This document shows positions 45,664 through 57,163 of a stretch of DNA of 64,000 nucleotides, one piece after another (the stretch's first letter is position 1; each line of letters starts with the position of its first letter). The translations under genes and the position numbers were made by a program. The notes below the pieces were generated by a model. It was not told where the DNA came from. It searched no databases and saw nothing but the letters and a program-made list of their open reading frames with translations. Source of the DNA: an uncultured delta proteobacterium (GTDB lineage Bacteria > Myxococcota > Myxococcia > Myxococcales > Anaeromyxobacteraceae); assembly GCA_963845515.1 (NCBI GenBank), contig CAWJSR010000017.1, positions 1 to 64,000 of the forward strand. Reading direction: 5' to 3'.

Positions 45664-46878
45664 ATGAAGATTCCGATCTACATGGACTACCACGCCACGA
45701 CGCCGGTCGATCCGCGCGCGCTCGAGGCCATGCTCCCCTTCTTCACCGAGAGGTTCGGCAACGCCGCCTCCAAGAGCCACTCGTTCGGCTGGGCCGCCGA
45801 GGAGGCGGTCGAGGCGGCTCGGGAGCAGGTGGCGAGCCTGATCGGGGCGTCCGCACGGGAGATCGTCTGGACGAGCGGGGCGACCGAGTCGGACAACCTC
45901 GCCATCAAGGGGGTCGCCCAGTTCCACCGGGGCAAGGGCAGGCACCTCGTCACCTGCACCACCGAGCACAAGGCGGTCCTCGACTCGATGCACGCGCTGG
46001 AGCGCGACGGCTTCGAGGTGACGGTCCTCCCCGTGGAGAAGGACGGCCGGCTCGATCCCGGGCGGCTGGCGGCGGCGCTGCGCCCCGACACGATCCTCGT
46101 CTCCATCATGCATGCCAACAACGAGAGCGGCGTGCTCCATCCCGTCGAGGAGATAGGGAGGATCACCCGTTCGGCGGGCGTCCTCTTCCACTGCGACGCC
46201 GTCCAGTCGATCGGCAAGGTCCCCTTCGACGTCGAGCAGGCCAACGTCGACCTCGTCTCGCTCTCCGCCCACAAGATGTACGGGCCCAAGGGCGTCGGCG
46301 CCCTGTACGTCCGCCGCAAGCCGCGCGCGCGGCTCACCGCGCAGATGGACGGTGGCGGCCACGAGCGTGGCCACCGCTCCGGCACCCTCAACGTCCCCGG
46401 GATCGTCGGGTTCGGCAAGGCGGCGGAGCTCTCGCTGGCGGAGCGCGACGTCGAGGCCTCCCGCGTGATGGCCCTCCGCGAGCGGCTGCGCAAGGGGATC
46501 GAGGCCGAGCTGGACCTGGTCCAGGTCAACGGCAGCCTGGAGCACCGGCTCCCCGGCAACCTCAACGTGAGCTTCGCCTACGTGGAGGGCGAGGCGCTGA
46601 TGATGGCCATCAAGGACGTGGCGGTGTCGTCCGGCTCCGCCTGCACGAGCGCCTCCCTCGAGCCCTCCTACGTCCTGCGCGCCATGGGGGTGCCGGATGA
46701 CATGGCCCACAGCTCGCTCCGCTTCGGCCTCGGACGCTTCACGACGGAGGAGGAGGTCGACTACGTCGTGAAGCTGCTGGTCGCCAAGGTCAGGAAGCTA
46801 AGGGACATGTCGCCTCTGTACGAGATGTTCCGCGAGGGCGTCGATTTGCAGAAGGTCCAGTGGGTGGATCAACACTAG
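45664..46878 (+). CDS. iscS: Cysteine desulfurase IscS
   Basis: [44 protein letters not shown]. Confidence 0.96.
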   Translation: MKIPIYMDYHATTPVDPRALEAMLPFFTERFGNAASKSHSFGWAAEEAVEAAREQVASLIGASAREIVWTSGATESDNLAIKGVAQFHRGKGRHLVTCTTEHKAVLDSMHALERDGFEVTVLPVEKDGRLDPGRLAAALRPDTILVSIMHANNESGVLHPVEEIGRITRSAGVLFHCDAVQSIGKVPFDVEQANVDLVSLSAHKMYGPKGVGALYVRRKPRARLTAQMDGGGHERGHRSGTLNVPGIVGFGKAAELSLAERDVEASRVMALRERLRKGIEAELDLVQVNGSLEHRLPGNLNVSFAYVEGEALMMAIKDVAVSSGSACTSASLEPSYVLRAMGVPDDMAHSSLRFGLGRFTTEEEVDYVVKLLVAKVRKLRDMSPLYEMFREGVDLQKVQWVDQH

Positions 46879-46926
46879 CCTCGTGGCGCCGCGGCGCCGC
46901 GAGGGCAGGTCTGGAGGGTGACGGCC

Positions 46927-47361
46927 ATGGCGTACTCGGAGAAGCTCGTCGACCACTACGAGAACCCGCGCAACGTGGGCTCCCTGGACAAGAACGACCC
47001 CGCCGTGGGGACCGGGCTCGTCGGCGCGCCAGCGTGCGGTGACGTGATGAAGCTGCAGATCCGCGTGAGCGCCGACGGGATCATCGAGGACGCCAGGTTC
47101 AAGACCTTCGGCTGCGGGTCCGCGATCGCCTCATCGTCCCTCGTCACCGAGTGGGTGAAGGGCAAGACCGTGGACCAGGCGCTCCAGATCAAGAACACCG
47201 ACGTGGCGCAGGAGCTCGCGCTGCCGCCAGTGAAGGTTCACTGCTCGGTCCTCGCCGAAGACGCGATCCGGGCGGCCATCTCCGATTATCAGAGGAAGCG
47301 GGACCCTGCCCCCGCCGCGCAGCCGTCAGGCGCGGCGAAGAACACACCGAAGGCCGGCTGA
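46927..47361 (+). CDS. iscU: Fe-S scaffold IscU
   Basis: [28 protein letters not shown]. Confidence 0.96.
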   Translation: MAYSEKLVDHYENPRNVGSLDKNDPAVGTGLVGAPACGDVMKLQIRVSADGIIEDARFKTFGCGSAIASSSLVTEWVKGKTVDQALQIKNTDVAQELALPPVKVHCSVLAEDAIRAAISDYQRKRDPAPAAQPSGAAKNTPKAG

Positions 47362-47381
47362 GCCGGCCGGGGAGCCTCACG

Positions 47382-47711
47382 ATGGCGGAGATCGAGATCT
47401 CGGAGAAGGCGGCGGTCCGGCTCCGCACCCTCGCGACCGAGCGGGGGACGCCGAAGGGCGGGCTCCGTCTGGGCGTGAAGGGGGGCGGCTGCTCCGGGCT
47501 CACCTACTTCGTGGACTGGGCCGCCGAGCCGGCGAAGCTCGACCAGATCTTCGAGCGGGAGGGGGCGCGGGTCTTCGTCGATCCCAAGAGCGCGCGGTTC
47601 CTCCAGGGGACCACCGTGGAGTGGCAGCAGACGCTGATGCACAGCGGGTTCGTCTTCAAGAACCCCAACGTCAAGAGCGCCTGTGGTTGCGGCGAGTCCT
47701 TCACCCTCTGA
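47382..47711 (+). CDS. iscA: A-type Fe-S carrier IscA/HesB
   Basis: [20 protein letters not shown]. Confidence 0.93.
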   Translation: MAEIEISEKAAVRLRTLATERGTPKGGLRLGVKGGGCSGLTYFVDWAAEPAKLDQIFEREGARVFVDPKSARFLQGTTVEWQQTLMHSGFVFKNPNVKSACGCGESFTL

Positions 47712-47716
47712 TCGCC

Positions 47717-48338
47717 TTGACCAGCTGCTGGGCATGCAAGGCGGACGTAAGGCTCGGCGCGCTCACCTGCGCGGCCTGCGGCAAGCTCCAGCCGGTCGAT
47801 CGGCGCGAGGACTACTTCTCGCTCTTCGATCTCCCGCGCGCGTACGGCGTCGATCCTGCCGACGTCGAGCGGCGCTTCCGAGAGCGCTCGCGGGTCGTCC
47901 ACCCCGACCGGTTCGCGAAGGCCGAACCCCGTGAGCGGCGCTTCGCCCTCGAGCGCGCCACGAGGCTCAACGACGCGCACCGCGTGCTGCGGGACTGGCG
48001 GCAGCGGGCGGGCTACCTCCTGAGGCTCGCCAACCAGGACCCGTTCGGCGACCCACGCGCCGCCCACGATCCGGAGTTCCTCGAGGAGCAGCTCGAGCTC
48101 CGCGAGGCGCTGGCGGTCGCGCACGCCGGCGGCGATCTCGACCGTCTCCGCGAGCTGGCGAGCGACGCGAAGGGGCGGCTCGCCGCGCTCGAGCTGGAGC
48201 TGAGGCAGCATGTTCGACGACGAGCGGTGGTTCTCGGACCACGCCCTGGACGTCGCGCGCCGGCTCGCGCGCGCCCGGTACTACGAAAACCTCGCCGCCG
48301 ACGCCGAGCGCGCCGCGCAGGCCCCGGCCAGCACCTGA
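47717..48338 (+). CDS. hscB: Co-chaperone HscB with N-terminal zinc knuckle (indel near 48210)
   Basis: CWAC...[19 protein letters not shown]-domain motif, LNDAHRVL. Confidence 0.88.
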
Positions 48339-48349
48339 AAGGGAGCCGC

Positions 48350-50221
48350 ATGCCTCGCGCGATCGGCATCGACCTCGGCACGACCAACTCGCTCGTCGCG
48401 TGGGTCGACGATCGCAACCGTCCCCAGGTCCTCCCGGTGGACGAGGGGCGACCGCTGCTGCCCAGCGCCGTCCACTACGGACCGGACGGCGCCGTGGAGG
48501 TGGGCGCCTCGGCGCGGCGCCGCGCGCCCGAGCGTCCCGTGGACACCATCCTCTCGGTGAAGCGCTTCATGGGGCGTGGGCCCGGTGACCTCCGGCCGGA
48601 GGACCGCGGCATCTACCGCTTCGACGAGGGTGGGGCGGTCGTGCGGCTCCGCGTGGACGGCGACCGGAAGGCGGTCTCGCCCGTCGAGGTCTCGGCCGAG
48701 ATCCTGAAGGCGCTCAAGCGGCAGGCGGCCGCGGCGCTTGGCGAGCCGCCGGCGGGCTGCGTGATCACGGTGCCGGCCTACTTCGACGACGCGCAGCGCC
48801 AGGCGACGCGCGACGCCGGCAGGCTGGCGGGGCTCGAGGTGCTACGGCTCCTCAACGAGCCGACCGCGGCGGCCATCGCCTACGGCCTCGACAAGCGGGT
48901 GGAGGGGACCTTCGCCGTCTACGACCTCGGCGGCGGGACCTTCGACGTCTCGATCCTCCGGCTCGAGCGCGGGGTCTTCGAGGTGCTCGCCACCGGTGGA
49001 GACACGCACCTCGGCGGGGACGACCTCGACCGGGCGGTGGCGGCGCGGCTCCTCGACGGTGGCCTGGTCCCCGCGTGCTCCACCCCATCACCGGCCGTGC
49101 TGCGCGGCGCCGTCGCGGCGGCGCAGCGGATCCGCGAGGCGCTCAGCGCTCAGGAGGAGGTCGAGGCCGACGTCGAGCTGCCCGAGGGCTTCCGGCTCCG
49201 GGCGCGGCTCACCCGCTCCGAGCTGGAGGCGCTCATCCAGCCGGTGGTGGAGCGGACTGCCGGACCGTGCCGCGCCGCGCTGCAGGACGCGCGGCTCGAG
49301 GCCGTCGACGGGGTGGTGCTCGTCGGCGGGACGACCCGCACGCCGCTGGTCCGGCGCCACGTCCGCGCGCTCTTCGGCATCGAGCCGCTCACCGACCTCG
49401 ACCCGGACACGGTGGTGGCGCTCGGCGCAGCGGTCCAGGCCGACGCGCTGGAGCGGGGCGGGCGCGAGGACGTGCTGCTCCTCGACGTCATCCCGCTCTC
49501 CCTCGGCGTGGAGATGATGGGGGGCGTCGTCGACAAGATCATCATGCGCAACTCGACGATCCCGGCGAGCGCGACGCAGCAGTTCACGACCTACGCCGAC
49601 GGCCAGACGGGGATGGTGGTCCACGTGTGCCAGGGTGAGCGCGAGCTCGCCCACGACTGCCGGTCGCTGGCCCGCTTCACGCTCAAGGGGATCCCGCCGA
49701 TGCCCTCCGGGATCGCCAGGGTCGAGATCTCCTACGCCGTCGACGCCGACGGCATCCTGTCGGTCTCCGCCAGGGAGGCCACCACCGGGATCGAGCAGAA
49801 GATCCAGGTGAAGGCGACCTACGGCCTCTCGGAGGAGGAGGTCGAGAAGATGCTCATCGAGAGCATCGAGCACGCCGAGTCGGACGTCGAGGCGCGGTTC
49901 CTGCTGGAGTGGCGCGTGGAGGGGGAGCGGCTCGCGCAGAACCTGGAGGCCTCCTTCGCGCTCGACGGGGAGCTGCTCTCGGCGGCGGAGCGGCGCGCGA
50001 TCGACGAGCGCGTCGCCGGGCTCCGGGCGGCGATCGCCGGCGACGACTACCTGGCGATCAAGGCCTGGATCGAGTCGGTCGACGGCGCCACGAAGGAGTT
50101 CGCGGAGCGCCGGATGAACAAGCACATCGCGCTCGCGATGCGCGGGCAGCGGGTGGACGCCTTCAGCGCGGAGCTGGTCGAGCCGCCCCGCGCACCGGTC
50201 CAGGCCGAAGAGGGGGAGTGA
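48350..50221 (+). CDS. hscA: Fe-S chaperone HscA (Hsp70)
   Basis: [42 protein letters not shown]; position in isc operon. Confidence 0.93.
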   Translation: MPRAIGIDLGTTNSLVAWVDDRNRPQVLPVDEGRPLLPSAVHYGPDGAVEVGASARRRAPERPVDTILSVKRFMGRGPGDLRPEDRGIYRFDEGGAVVRLRVDGDRKAVSPVEVSAEILKALKRQAAAALGEPPAGCVITVPAYFDDAQRQATRDAGRLAGLEVLRLLNEPTAAAIAYGLDKRVEGTFAVYDLGGGTFDVSILRLERGVFEVLATGGDTHLGGDDLDRAVAARLLDGGLVPACSTPSPAVLRGAVAAAQRIREALSAQEEVEADVELPEGFRLRARLTRSELEALIQPVVERTAGPCRAALQDARLEAVDGVVLVGGTTRTPLVRRHVRALFGIEPLTDLDPDTVVALGAAVQADALERGGREDVLLLDVIPLSLGVEMMGGVVDKIIMRNSTIPASATQQFTTYADGQTGMVVHVCQGERELAHDCRSLARFTLKGIPPMPSGIARVEISYAVDADGILSVSAREATTGIEQKIQVKATYGLSEEEVEKMLIESIEHAESDVEARFLLEWRVEGERLAQNLEASFALDGELLSAAERRAIDERVAGLRAAIAGDDYLAIKAWIESVDGATKEFAERRMNKHIALAMRGQRVDAFSAELVEPPRAPVQAEEGE

Positions 50222-50227
50222 GGCGGC

Positions 50228-50533
50228 GTGCCGCGCGTCACGTTCCAGCCGGAGGGGCGCTCGGTCGAGGTGCCCGCGGGCACCCTCGTGATCGACGCCG
50301 CGGAGGAGGCCGGGGTGCTCCTGCCCGGGAACTGCGGCGGCGTCTGCGCCTGCACCACCTGCCACGTCTGGATCGAGTCGGGCGGCGAGACCCTCTCGGA
50401 CCTGGGCGAGCGTGAGGACGACAAGCTCTCCGAGGCGATGGGGCTCCGCGCCGAGTCGCGACTGGGCTGCCAGGCCCGCGTCGGCAGCGGCGACGTGGTG
50501 GTCCGGATCCCCGGGAATCGGGTAGGGCACTGA
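50228..50533 (+). CDS. fdx: ISC-type 2Fe-2S ferredoxin
   Basis: CGGVCACTTCHV, SRLGCQ. Confidence 0.92.
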   Translation: MPRVTFQPEGRSVEVPAGTLVIDAAEEAGVLLPGNCGGVCACTTCHVWIESGGETLSDLGEREDDKLSEAMGLRAESRLGCQARVGSGDVVVRIPGNRVGH

Positions 50534-50787
50534 CGTAGGCGCTGACGTCCCTTTCCGCACATCCACATCCAGGCAGCTTCACGTGCTGCGAAGGGCGTCC
50601 GTGTAGGCGCGCCGCGCACGTCTCGTAAAGCGCCCGCCATGTCGGTGGGTTGGACCGCGACGACGAGGACCCTTGCGCTCCGGGAGTGAAGTCGGCAGCG
50701 TCCGCACTTCACGTAGACATCCGGCGCTTCCCGCCCGGGGGCGAAGTGCGTCCCGCGAACACGGGACGCGCGCTTGGAGGGTACGAC

Positions 50788-51651
50788 ATGCAGGACAACA
50801 CGAAGACCGACGCAGTGCGCCCGACTGCTCCCTCGGCAGGGCGGCCACCGCCGCTGCCATCGAAGGCGAAGCAGGCGGCCGCAGGCGGTGCGCTCGTCGA
50901 AGGTGAAGGCGTTCCTGGAGATCAGGCGGCTGAGGTTCTCGAGCTCCCTGCGCGACCTGGGGAGCTGGATGCGCCGGCGGAAGCTCCTGGCAGGGGTGGG
51001 CGGGCTGGCAGTGGTCCTCGCAGTGGCGGGCGGGATCGCGTTCGCCTTCGACGCCCTCCCCGAGCTCGACCTCGACTTCTCGTCCCCTGAGACCGTCGCC
51101 GACGCGACCCGGAACGTCAGGGAGCACCCGCAGGACGCCGGCGCCCAGCGTGACCTTGGCCACGCGCTCTTCGCGGCCAGGCATCGCGCGGCCGGGGTCG
51201 CAGCGTACCGGCATGCCCTCACGCTCGACGCCGGCGCAGCGGACGACGGAGCTGGCGGCGAACCTCGTCTCCTGCTTCGGGACGAAGCAGCAGGAGGTGG
51301 CCGAGGCCGTCATCTGGAAGAACAAGGTGGTCGCGGCGCAGGCGGGGCTCGAGGCGCTCGTCGAGCTCACGGCGGTCCAGCGTCCGCTGGGGCGCGGTGC
51401 AGACGCTCGACCGGCTGAGGAAGGGGACCAGGGCGAACTGGGAGACGGCCTACATCCTCGACCTCGACTCGCCGAAGTGCGACGTCCGCAGGCGCGCCGT
51501 GGACAAGCTCGGCGACATCGGCACGCAGCGCGCCGTCAAGGCGCTCCGCGCCGCCAGGGCCGACGACGAGAAGACGGGCGGCTGGTTCAGCTCGCGCTGC
51601 CTGGGTGCCCGGCTCGAGACCGCGGAGAACCAGATCCTCGCGCGGCGGTGA
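50788..51651 (+). CDS. Hypothetical membrane-anchored TPR/HEAT-like protein (indels)
   Basis: RBS GGAGG; one TM segment; HPQDAGAQRDLGHALF (TPR-like); CDVRRRAVDKLGDIG (HEAT-like). Confidence 0.6.
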
Positions 51652-51656
51652 GTCGG

Positions 51657-51714
51657 TGGGGTGAGGGGCGACCTCTCCCTCACCCCGTCCCTCTCCCTCA
51701 CCGAGGGAGGGGAA
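51657..51714. repeat. REP-like palindromic element between convergent genes
   Basis: GGGGTGAGGG...CCCTCACCCC-GTCCCTCTCCC-TCACCGA-GGGAGGGG, resembling the common CCCTCACCCC..CCCTCTCCC..GGGAGAGGG REP class. Confidence 0.7.
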
Positions 51715-51721
51715 GTTCCTC

Positions 51722-52774
51722 TCAGTTCGCCCACTTCAGGACGGCGCCGGCGATCCGCGGGAGCGGCAGGATCTCATCCACTCCGCCCCGCTCGATCGCC
51801 TCCTTCGGCATCCCGAAGACCACGCAGGTCGCCTCGTCCTGCGCGATGGTGTGCGCGCCGGCCTGCCTGAGCTCGACCATCCCGTCCGCGCCGTCGTCCC
51901 CCATCCCCGTCATGATGACGCCGACGGCGTTCTTGCCGGCCGCCTGGGCCGCGGAGCGGAACAGGACCTCCACGCTGGGGCGGTGGAGCTTCACCGGCGG
52001 CCCGTCGAGGACGTCGACGAAGTAGAGGGCGCCGGAGCGCCGGACGGCGAGGTGGTGGTTGCCGGGGGCGATGAGCGCCCGGCCCGACACCAGCCGGTCG
52101 TTGGTCTCCGCCTCCTTCACCTCGATCCTGCAGACCTCGTTGAGCCGCTTCGCGAACTGGGCCGTGAAGACCTCCGGCATGTGCTGCACTATCGCGATGC
52201 CCGGCGCGTCGGGTGGCATCGCCTCCAGGAACTCGCGCAGCGCCTCGGTGCCGCCGGTGGAGGCGCCGATGACGACGACCTTGTGGGTGGTCTCCCGGAT
52301 CGAGAACTTCCTGGGCGGGAGCACCGCGTCGGCCCCCACCTTCTGGACGACGGGGACGCGGAGCCGCGGGCGCACGCGCACGCGCGCCTGGGCCGCGGCC
52401 CTGACCGCGTGGACGATCCGGGTCGCCGACTCCTCCAGGAAGCCCTTCAGCCCGAGCCGCGGCTTGGACACGATCTCGACGGCGCCCTCCTCGAGGGCGT
52501 GGAGGGCGACCTCGGTGCCCGGTCCGGCCAGCCCCGAGCAGACCACTACCGGGATCGGGTCGCTGGACATGATCCGGCGCAGGAAGGTGATCCCGTCCAT
52601 CCGCGGCATCTCGATGTCGAGGAGGATCACGTCCGGGCGGCGCTTCGCGAGCTTCTCCAGGGCGATGATCGGGTCCGAGGCGGTCTCCACGTACATGCCG
52701 ACGCGCCCGAGGATCTGGCTCATCGCCGTCCTGACCACCGCCGAGTCGTCGACCACGAGGACGTTGATCGCCAC
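51722..52774 (-). CDS. cheB: Chemotaxis methylesterase CheB
   Basis: Receiver VDDS...LDIEMP; GASTGG, VQHMP, HRPSV, TGMGDDG. Confidence 0.95.
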   Translation of the reverse strand: MAINVLVVDDSAVVRTAMSQILGRVGMYVETASDPIIALEKLAKRRPDVILLDIEMPRMDGITFLRRIMSSDPIPVVVCSGLAGPGTEVALHALEEGAVEIVSKPRLGLKGFLEESATRIVHAVRAAAQARVRVRPRLRVPVVQKVGADAVLPPRKFSIRETTHKVVVIGASTGGTEALREFLEAMPPDAPGIAIVQHMPEVFTAQFAKRLNEVCRIEVKEAETNDRLVSGRALIAPGNHHLAVRRSGALYFVDVLDGPPVKLHRPSVEVLFRSAAQAAGKNAVGVIMTGMGDDGADGMVELRQAGAHTIAQDEATCVVFGMPKEAIERGGVDEILPLPRIAGAVLKWAN

Positions 52775-52788
52775 GGGGCTCCTCGTCG

Positions 52789-53709
52789 TCAGCGCGCGCG
52801 CCCGGCGCGAGGTGACGCGCCGAGCGCGTACACCGTCGGGATGATGCTGCGTACGCGGTCGGTGAACCCGCCGAGGCTCTCGGCGTGGCCGAGGAAGAGG
52901 TTGCCCGTCGGCACGAGCCGGTCGAGCAGCCTGGAGACCACCCGCTCCTTCGTGGTGCGGTCGAAGTAGATGAGGACGTTGCGGCAGAAGACCAGGTCGA
53001 AGCTCTGCGCGGGTGGCCACTCGTCGCCGTTCAGGTTGAACCGCTCGAACTTGATCAGCGCGCGGATCTCGGGGCCGGCGCGCATGGTGCCGGCGTAGTC
53101 GCCGAACCCCTTGAGCATGAACGCCTTGAGGTAGGGCTCCGGGATCTCCGAGGCCTTTGCGATGGGCCAGGTGGCCGCGCGCGCGCGGTCGAGGATCTTG
53201 GTGGAGAGGTCGGTCGCCAGGATCTCCAGCGACCAGCCGGCGGGGAAGGCGGTGAGCAGCGACATCGCGAGGGAGTAGGGCTCCTCGCCCGACGAGCACG
53301 CGGCGCTCCAGACGCGCACCCGGCGCTCGCGCTTGCCCGCGTCGGCCTGCTGCTGCCAGGCCGGGTAGACGTCGCTGACCAGGAACTCCCAGTGGCGAGG
53401 CTCGCGGAAGAAGTGGGTCTCGTTGGTGCAGATCGCGTCGACCATCTTCGTCCGCTCGGCGGGATCCTCCGAGACGCGGTCGTAGTACTCGCCGTAGCTC
53501 ATGATGCCGAGCTCCCGCAGGCGGCGCGCGAGCCTCCCCACGAGCAGCGCCTTCTTGACCGGGGAGAGCCAGATCCCGGCCTCCTTGTTGACGAGCGCCT
53601 GGTACCTGGCGAAGTCGGGGTCCGAGATGTGGTTGAGGGTCCGGTGGGCCTCGGCCGCCGCGGCGAACATGTCCTTCAGGTTGCGCGTCTCGCGCTTCGG
53701 CTCGTTCAT
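52789..53709 (-). CDS. cheR: Chemotaxis methyltransferase CheR
   Basis: [37 protein letters not shown]. Confidence 0.95.
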   Translation of the reverse strand: MNEPKRETRNLKDMFAAAAEAHRTLNHISDPDFARYQALVNKEAGIWLSPVKKALLVGRLARRLRELGIMSYGEYYDRVSEDPAERTKMVDAICTNETHFFREPRHWEFLVSDVYPAWQQQADAGKRERRVRVWSAACSSGEEPYSLAMSLLTAFPAGWSLEILATDLSTKILDRARAATWPIAKASEIPEPYLKAFMLKGFGDYAGTMRAGPEIRALIKFERFNLNGDEWPPAQSFDLVFCRNVLIYFDRTTKERVVSRLLDRLVPTGNLFLGHAESLGGFTDRVRSIIPTVYALGASPRAGRAR

Positions 53710-53731
53710 CGCGCGTCCCCCCCGTGCTGCG

Positions 53732-55393
53732 TCAGACCGCCTCGGCCGCCGCGCGCTTCAAGGTCTCACGCAGGAGCCCCGGCACGTCGAGGATGAGCGC
53801 GACCCGACCGTTCCCGAGGATGGAGGACCCCGACACGCCCGGGATGTTCTTGAACATCGAGCCGAGCGGCTTGATCACGGTCTGGCTCTCGCCGACCAGC
53901 CGATCGACCACCACCCCGGCGGTCTCGTTGCCGTTCTGGACGACGACCACGTTCTCCCGCTGCGGCCGCTCGCCGTCCAGGTTGAACTGGCTCCGGAGCC
54001 GCAGCCAGGGGAGCGGCGTGCCTCGCAGGTTGGTGATCCCGAGGCCGTTGCGTCCCTCCGCCTCCTCGAGCGGGAGCGCCAGGCACTCGACGACCGAGTC
54101 GAGCGGGAGGATGAACGTCTCCTCCGCCACCTCGACCCGGAACCCCTGGATGATCGCGAGGGTGAGCGGCACCTTCACGGTGACGAGGGTCCCCAGGCCG
54201 GGCCGGGTCGCGACGGCGACCTGGCCTCGCAGGGCCTCCACGTTGCGCCGCACCACGTCCATGCCGACGCCGCGCCCGCTGATGTCGGTCACGCGGTCGC
54301 TCGTCGAGAAGCCTGGCTCGAAGATGATGCGCGCGATCTCCTCGTCGGTCATGCGGGACGGGTCGGCCACCAGGCCGAGCGCGGCCGCCTTCTCGGCGAT
54401 CCGGGCGCGATCGAGCCCCTTCCCGTCGTCCTCGACCTGGATGACCATGCTGCCGGCCTCGTGGAACGCGCGGAGCACGAGGCGGCCCTGCGGGGGCTTC
54501 CCGGCTGCGATCCGCACCTCGGGGGCCTCGATGCCGTGGTCGATGGCGTTGCGGACCATGTGGACGAGCGGGTCACGGATGTGCTCGATGACCGCGGTGT
54601 CCACCTCGACGTCCTCGCCCTCGACCTGAAGGGCGCAGCGCTTCCCGCCCGCCTGCGCGACGTCGCGCACGGTCCGGGCGTGCTGGTGGAACGTGGGCCC
54701 GATGGGGACCATGCGGGCCTTCATGATCAGCTCCTGGAGGTCGAAGAAGAGCCGGTCAGTCTCGCGGTGCGCCTCGAGGACCTCCTCCGGGGACAGGTCG
54801 GCGCGGCGCTCCAGCGTCTCGGCCAGCCTTCCGCGCGCGATGGCGATCTCGCCGGAGAGGTTGAGCATCCGATCGAGCTTGGACACGTCGACGCGGAGGC
54901 TCCGGGCGGAGCCGTGCGCGACCCTGGCCGCGCCGTCGCCGGCGTCGCCGTTTGCCGGCGCGTCCTGCAGGCCCGCGACTGAGGGGTCGATCCCGACTGC
55001 GCACGTGGCCTCCGCCAGCCTGGCGCGGAAGGCGGTGGTCTCGGGCGTCGGCGCCAGGCTCCCGGCGGCGGCCTCGCTCATCCCGGAGCGGAGCACGTCG
55101 ACCGACTGGAGCAGCAGCGTCACCAGCGTGTCGTCGACGGTCAGCTCCTTCTTGCGGATCCGCTCGAGGAGGCTCTCCAGGTCGTGGGCGAGGTCCTTGA
55201 CCGCGTCGAAGCCGACCAGCGACGCGCCGCCCTTCAGCGTGTGGGCGTCGCGGAAGAGGGCGTGGAGCAGCCCGTCGTCCGAGGGGGTGCGCTCGAAGGC
55301 GACGAGCACCTCCTCCATGTGCGCGAAGATCTCCTCCGCCTCGGCCAGGAAGGTCTCGAGGAGCGCTTCTCGGTCGATCTCGAATTCGTCCAC
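53732..55393 (-). CDS. cheA: Chemotaxis histidine kinase CheA (no P2 domain)
   Basis: HTLKGG (P1), RNAIDHGIE, DDGKG, PGFST, SGRGVGMDVV, P5 domain; 553 aa. Confidence 0.95.
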   Translation of the reverse strand: MDEFEIDREALLETFLAEAEEIFAHMEEVLVAFERTPSDDGLLHALFRDAHTLKGGASLVGFDAVKDLAHDLESLLERIRKKELTVDDTLVTLLLQSVDVLRSGMSEAAAGSLAPTPETTAFRARLAEATCAVGIDPSVAGLQDAPANGDAGDGAARVAHGSARSLRVDVSKLDRMLNLSGEIAIARGRLAETLERRADLSPEEVLEAHRETDRLFFDLQELIMKARMVPIGPTFHQHARTVRDVAQAGGKRCALQVEGEDVEVDTAVIEHIRDPLVHMVRNAIDHGIEAPEVRIAAGKPPQGRLVLRAFHEAGSMVIQVEDDGKGLDRARIAEKAAALGLVADPSRMTDEEIARIIFEPGFSTSDRVTDISGRGVGMDVVRRNVEALRGQVAVATRPGLGTLVTVKVPLTLAIIQGFRVEVAEETFILPLDSVVECLALPLEEAEGRNGLGITNLRGTPLPWLRLRSQFNLDGERPQRENVVVVQNGNETAGVVVDRLVGESQTVIKPLGSMFKNIPGVSGSSILGNGRVALILDVPGLLRETLKRAAAEAV

Positions 55394-55407
55394 GGTGGTT
55401 CTCCTGC

Positions 55408-55914
55408 CTAGAGGAGGCGGATCCAGGCGGCTCCGTCGTCGGAGTGGAACACGAGCTTCCGCCCCTTCGTCCCGCCGACATCATGCTCGATTACCGGGAT
55501 CCCCATCGCCGCCAGCGACTCCAGCGCGAGCCTCGCGTTGTCGTCGCCCAGCCGCTTCCCGTTGCTGAACGCGCCGATCACCGACGCGCCGCCGAAGACC
55601 TTCGCCTTGAGGCGGCGCGGATCGGCGCCGGCGCCCACGACCTCTTCCACGAGCCGCGGAATCGCGACGCTCCCGAAGCGCGACGACTTCTCGCGCTCGA
55701 CGTGGAAGGGGAGCAGGTAGTGGTTGAGCCCTCCCACGCCCGCGTCGGGGTCCCATAGGCAGACCGAGACGCACGAGCCCAGGATGGTGACGATCGCGGT
55801 CGGACGCCTGGCGACGGCCACGTCGCCGGCGTGCAGGTAGACCTGCTTCCGCCCGCCGTCTCCGGGAGCGTTCGAGGCTGGTGAGGGCGGGTTGTCTGCC
55901 GGGAGCGCTGCCAT
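55408..55914 (-). CDS. cheD: Chemoreceptor glutamine deamidase CheD
   Basis: TILGSCVSVCLWD, GGLNHYLLP, AKVFGGA, DVGG. Confidence 0.92.
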   Translation of the reverse strand: MAALPADNPPSPASNAPGDGGRKQVYLHAGDVAVARRPTAIVTILGSCVSVCLWDPDAGVGGLNHYLLPFHVEREKSSRFGSVAIPRLVEEVVGAGADPRRLKAKVFGGASVIGAFSNGKRLGDDNARLALESLAAMGIPVIEHDVGGTKGRKLVFHSDDGAAWIRLL

Positions 55915-55934
55915 TGATTGACGCCGGATCGGGC

Positions 55935-56711
55935 CTACGCCGTCCTCAGGGAGAGGGCGATGCCGGCGTGGCTGCGGATCAGCTCGAAGACCACCTGATC
56001 CGACTCGGCGAGCCCGGGCTTGTGGCCGAGGAGCCGGAAGATCGTCACGACGCCCCAGACCGCGTCCCCGACCATGAGCGGGATGCACGCGCTGACGTCG
56101 GCGTCCACCGCGTCGACCGGGCCGTCGCGCCCGGCGATGAACGGCTTCCCGCGCTGCGCGGTCCTGCCGATCACGCCGTCGCCGAGCTTCAGCTCGCGCA
56201 GCGGGACAGGATCGACGCCGAAGTGATGGACGAGGGCGAGCCGGTCGTCCATGCGCTCGAAGACCGCGAACTCCTCCGAGCCCACCACGTTGATGACGAT
56301 CTCCTGGAGCGCCTGCAGCACCTCCTCGCGCGCGAGGCCGCCGTGCAGCCGCTCGAGCGAGACGTAGAGTTGCGCCATCTCGGAGGACTGCTCCTGCACC
56401 AGGACGTAGTCGTCGCTGATCTTGCCGACCTCCACCTCGAGGTCGGCGAGCCGCCTCCGGAGGGCGTCGCGCTCCCCGGTCGCGCTCGCGAGCGCCTCGC
56501 GCAGCGTCCGGAGGTCGTCGGACGACGGCCCCGCGGGCGCCGGCGTCGGGGTGGGCGCCGCCGCGATGGACGGGCCGCTGTCGTGCCGCTCGCGCGCGGA
56601 CTTGAGCGAGGCGATCAGCTCCCTCAGCTTCTCGTTGACCTGGGTCAGGTCCCTGGAGCGTTCGGCGCTGGCGGCGGGGGCTGCGGGCTTGGCGGGGCGT
56701 GAGTCGGACAT
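55935..56711 (-). CDS. Coiled-coil plus GAF domain protein
   Basis: N-terminal coiled coil; GDGVIGRTAQRGKP...ACIPL...WGVVTI...D..VFELI (GAF pattern). Confidence 0.8.
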   Translation of the reverse strand: MSDSRPAKPAAPAASAERSRDLTQVNEKLRELIASLKSARERHDSGPSIAAAPTPTPAPAGPSSDDLRTLREALASATGERDALRRRLADLEVEVGKISDDYVLVQEQSSEMAQLYVSLERLHGGLAREEVLQALQEIVINVVGSEEFAVFERMDDRLALVHHFGVDPVPLRELKLGDGVIGRTAQRGKPFIAGRDGPVDAVDADVSACIPLMVGDAVWGVVTIFRLLGHKPGLAESDQVVFELIRSHAGIALSLRTA

Positions 56712-56725
56712 GTGCTGTGCTCCAG

Positions 56726-57097
56726 CTACTGGCCGAGGCAGCTGCGGACCTTGGTGAGCAGCTCGAGGCCGTTGATGGGCTTGGTCACGTAGTCGCTGCA
56801 GCCCGACGCATAGCCCGTCTCGACGCTCTGGAGCTCGCCGCGTGTCGTCACCATGATGACCGGGATGGACCGCGTGGTGTCGTCCTCGCGGAGCTTGCGG
56901 ACGGCCTCGAAGCCGTCCATCCGCGGCATGACCACGTCCATGAGGATCAGGTCGGGCCGCTCGGAGCGGGCCTTGTCGACGCCCTCCATGCCGTCTCGCG
57001 CGGTCACGACGTCGTACTCGCTCTTGGAGAGGATCATCTTCTCCATCAACAGGACGGTGCTCGAGTCGTCGACGAGAAGGATCTTCTTTCGGTCCAT
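56726..57097 (-). CDS. Single-domain response regulator (CheY-like)
   Basis: ILLVDDS, PDLILMDVVMP, DYVTKP. Confidence 0.93.
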   Translation of the reverse strand: MDRKKILLVDDSSTVLLMEKMILSKSEYDVVTARDGMEGVDKARSERPDLILMDVVMPRMDGFEAVRKLREDDTTRSIPVIMVTTRGELQSVETGYASGCSDYVTKPINGLELLTKVRSCLGQ

Positions 57098-57146
57098 CGG
57101 ACAACCCCCTGCGCAAGGCTGGTTCGGTAAGGTGCACCCGAACTTC

Positions 57147-57163
57147 TGCAATGAAGGCACCAA
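57147..57163 (-). promoter_or_regulatory. Candidate sigma54 promoter for the che cluster
   Basis: Minus strand TTGGTGCCTTCATTGCA gives GG-N10-GC, about 50 bp upstream of the response regulator start. Confidence 0.5.

Noticed and set aside
47621..50221. HscB-HscA fusion (866-aa ORF)
   Set aside because: An indel near 48210 bypasses the hscB stop at 48336; hscA has its own RBS and ATG.
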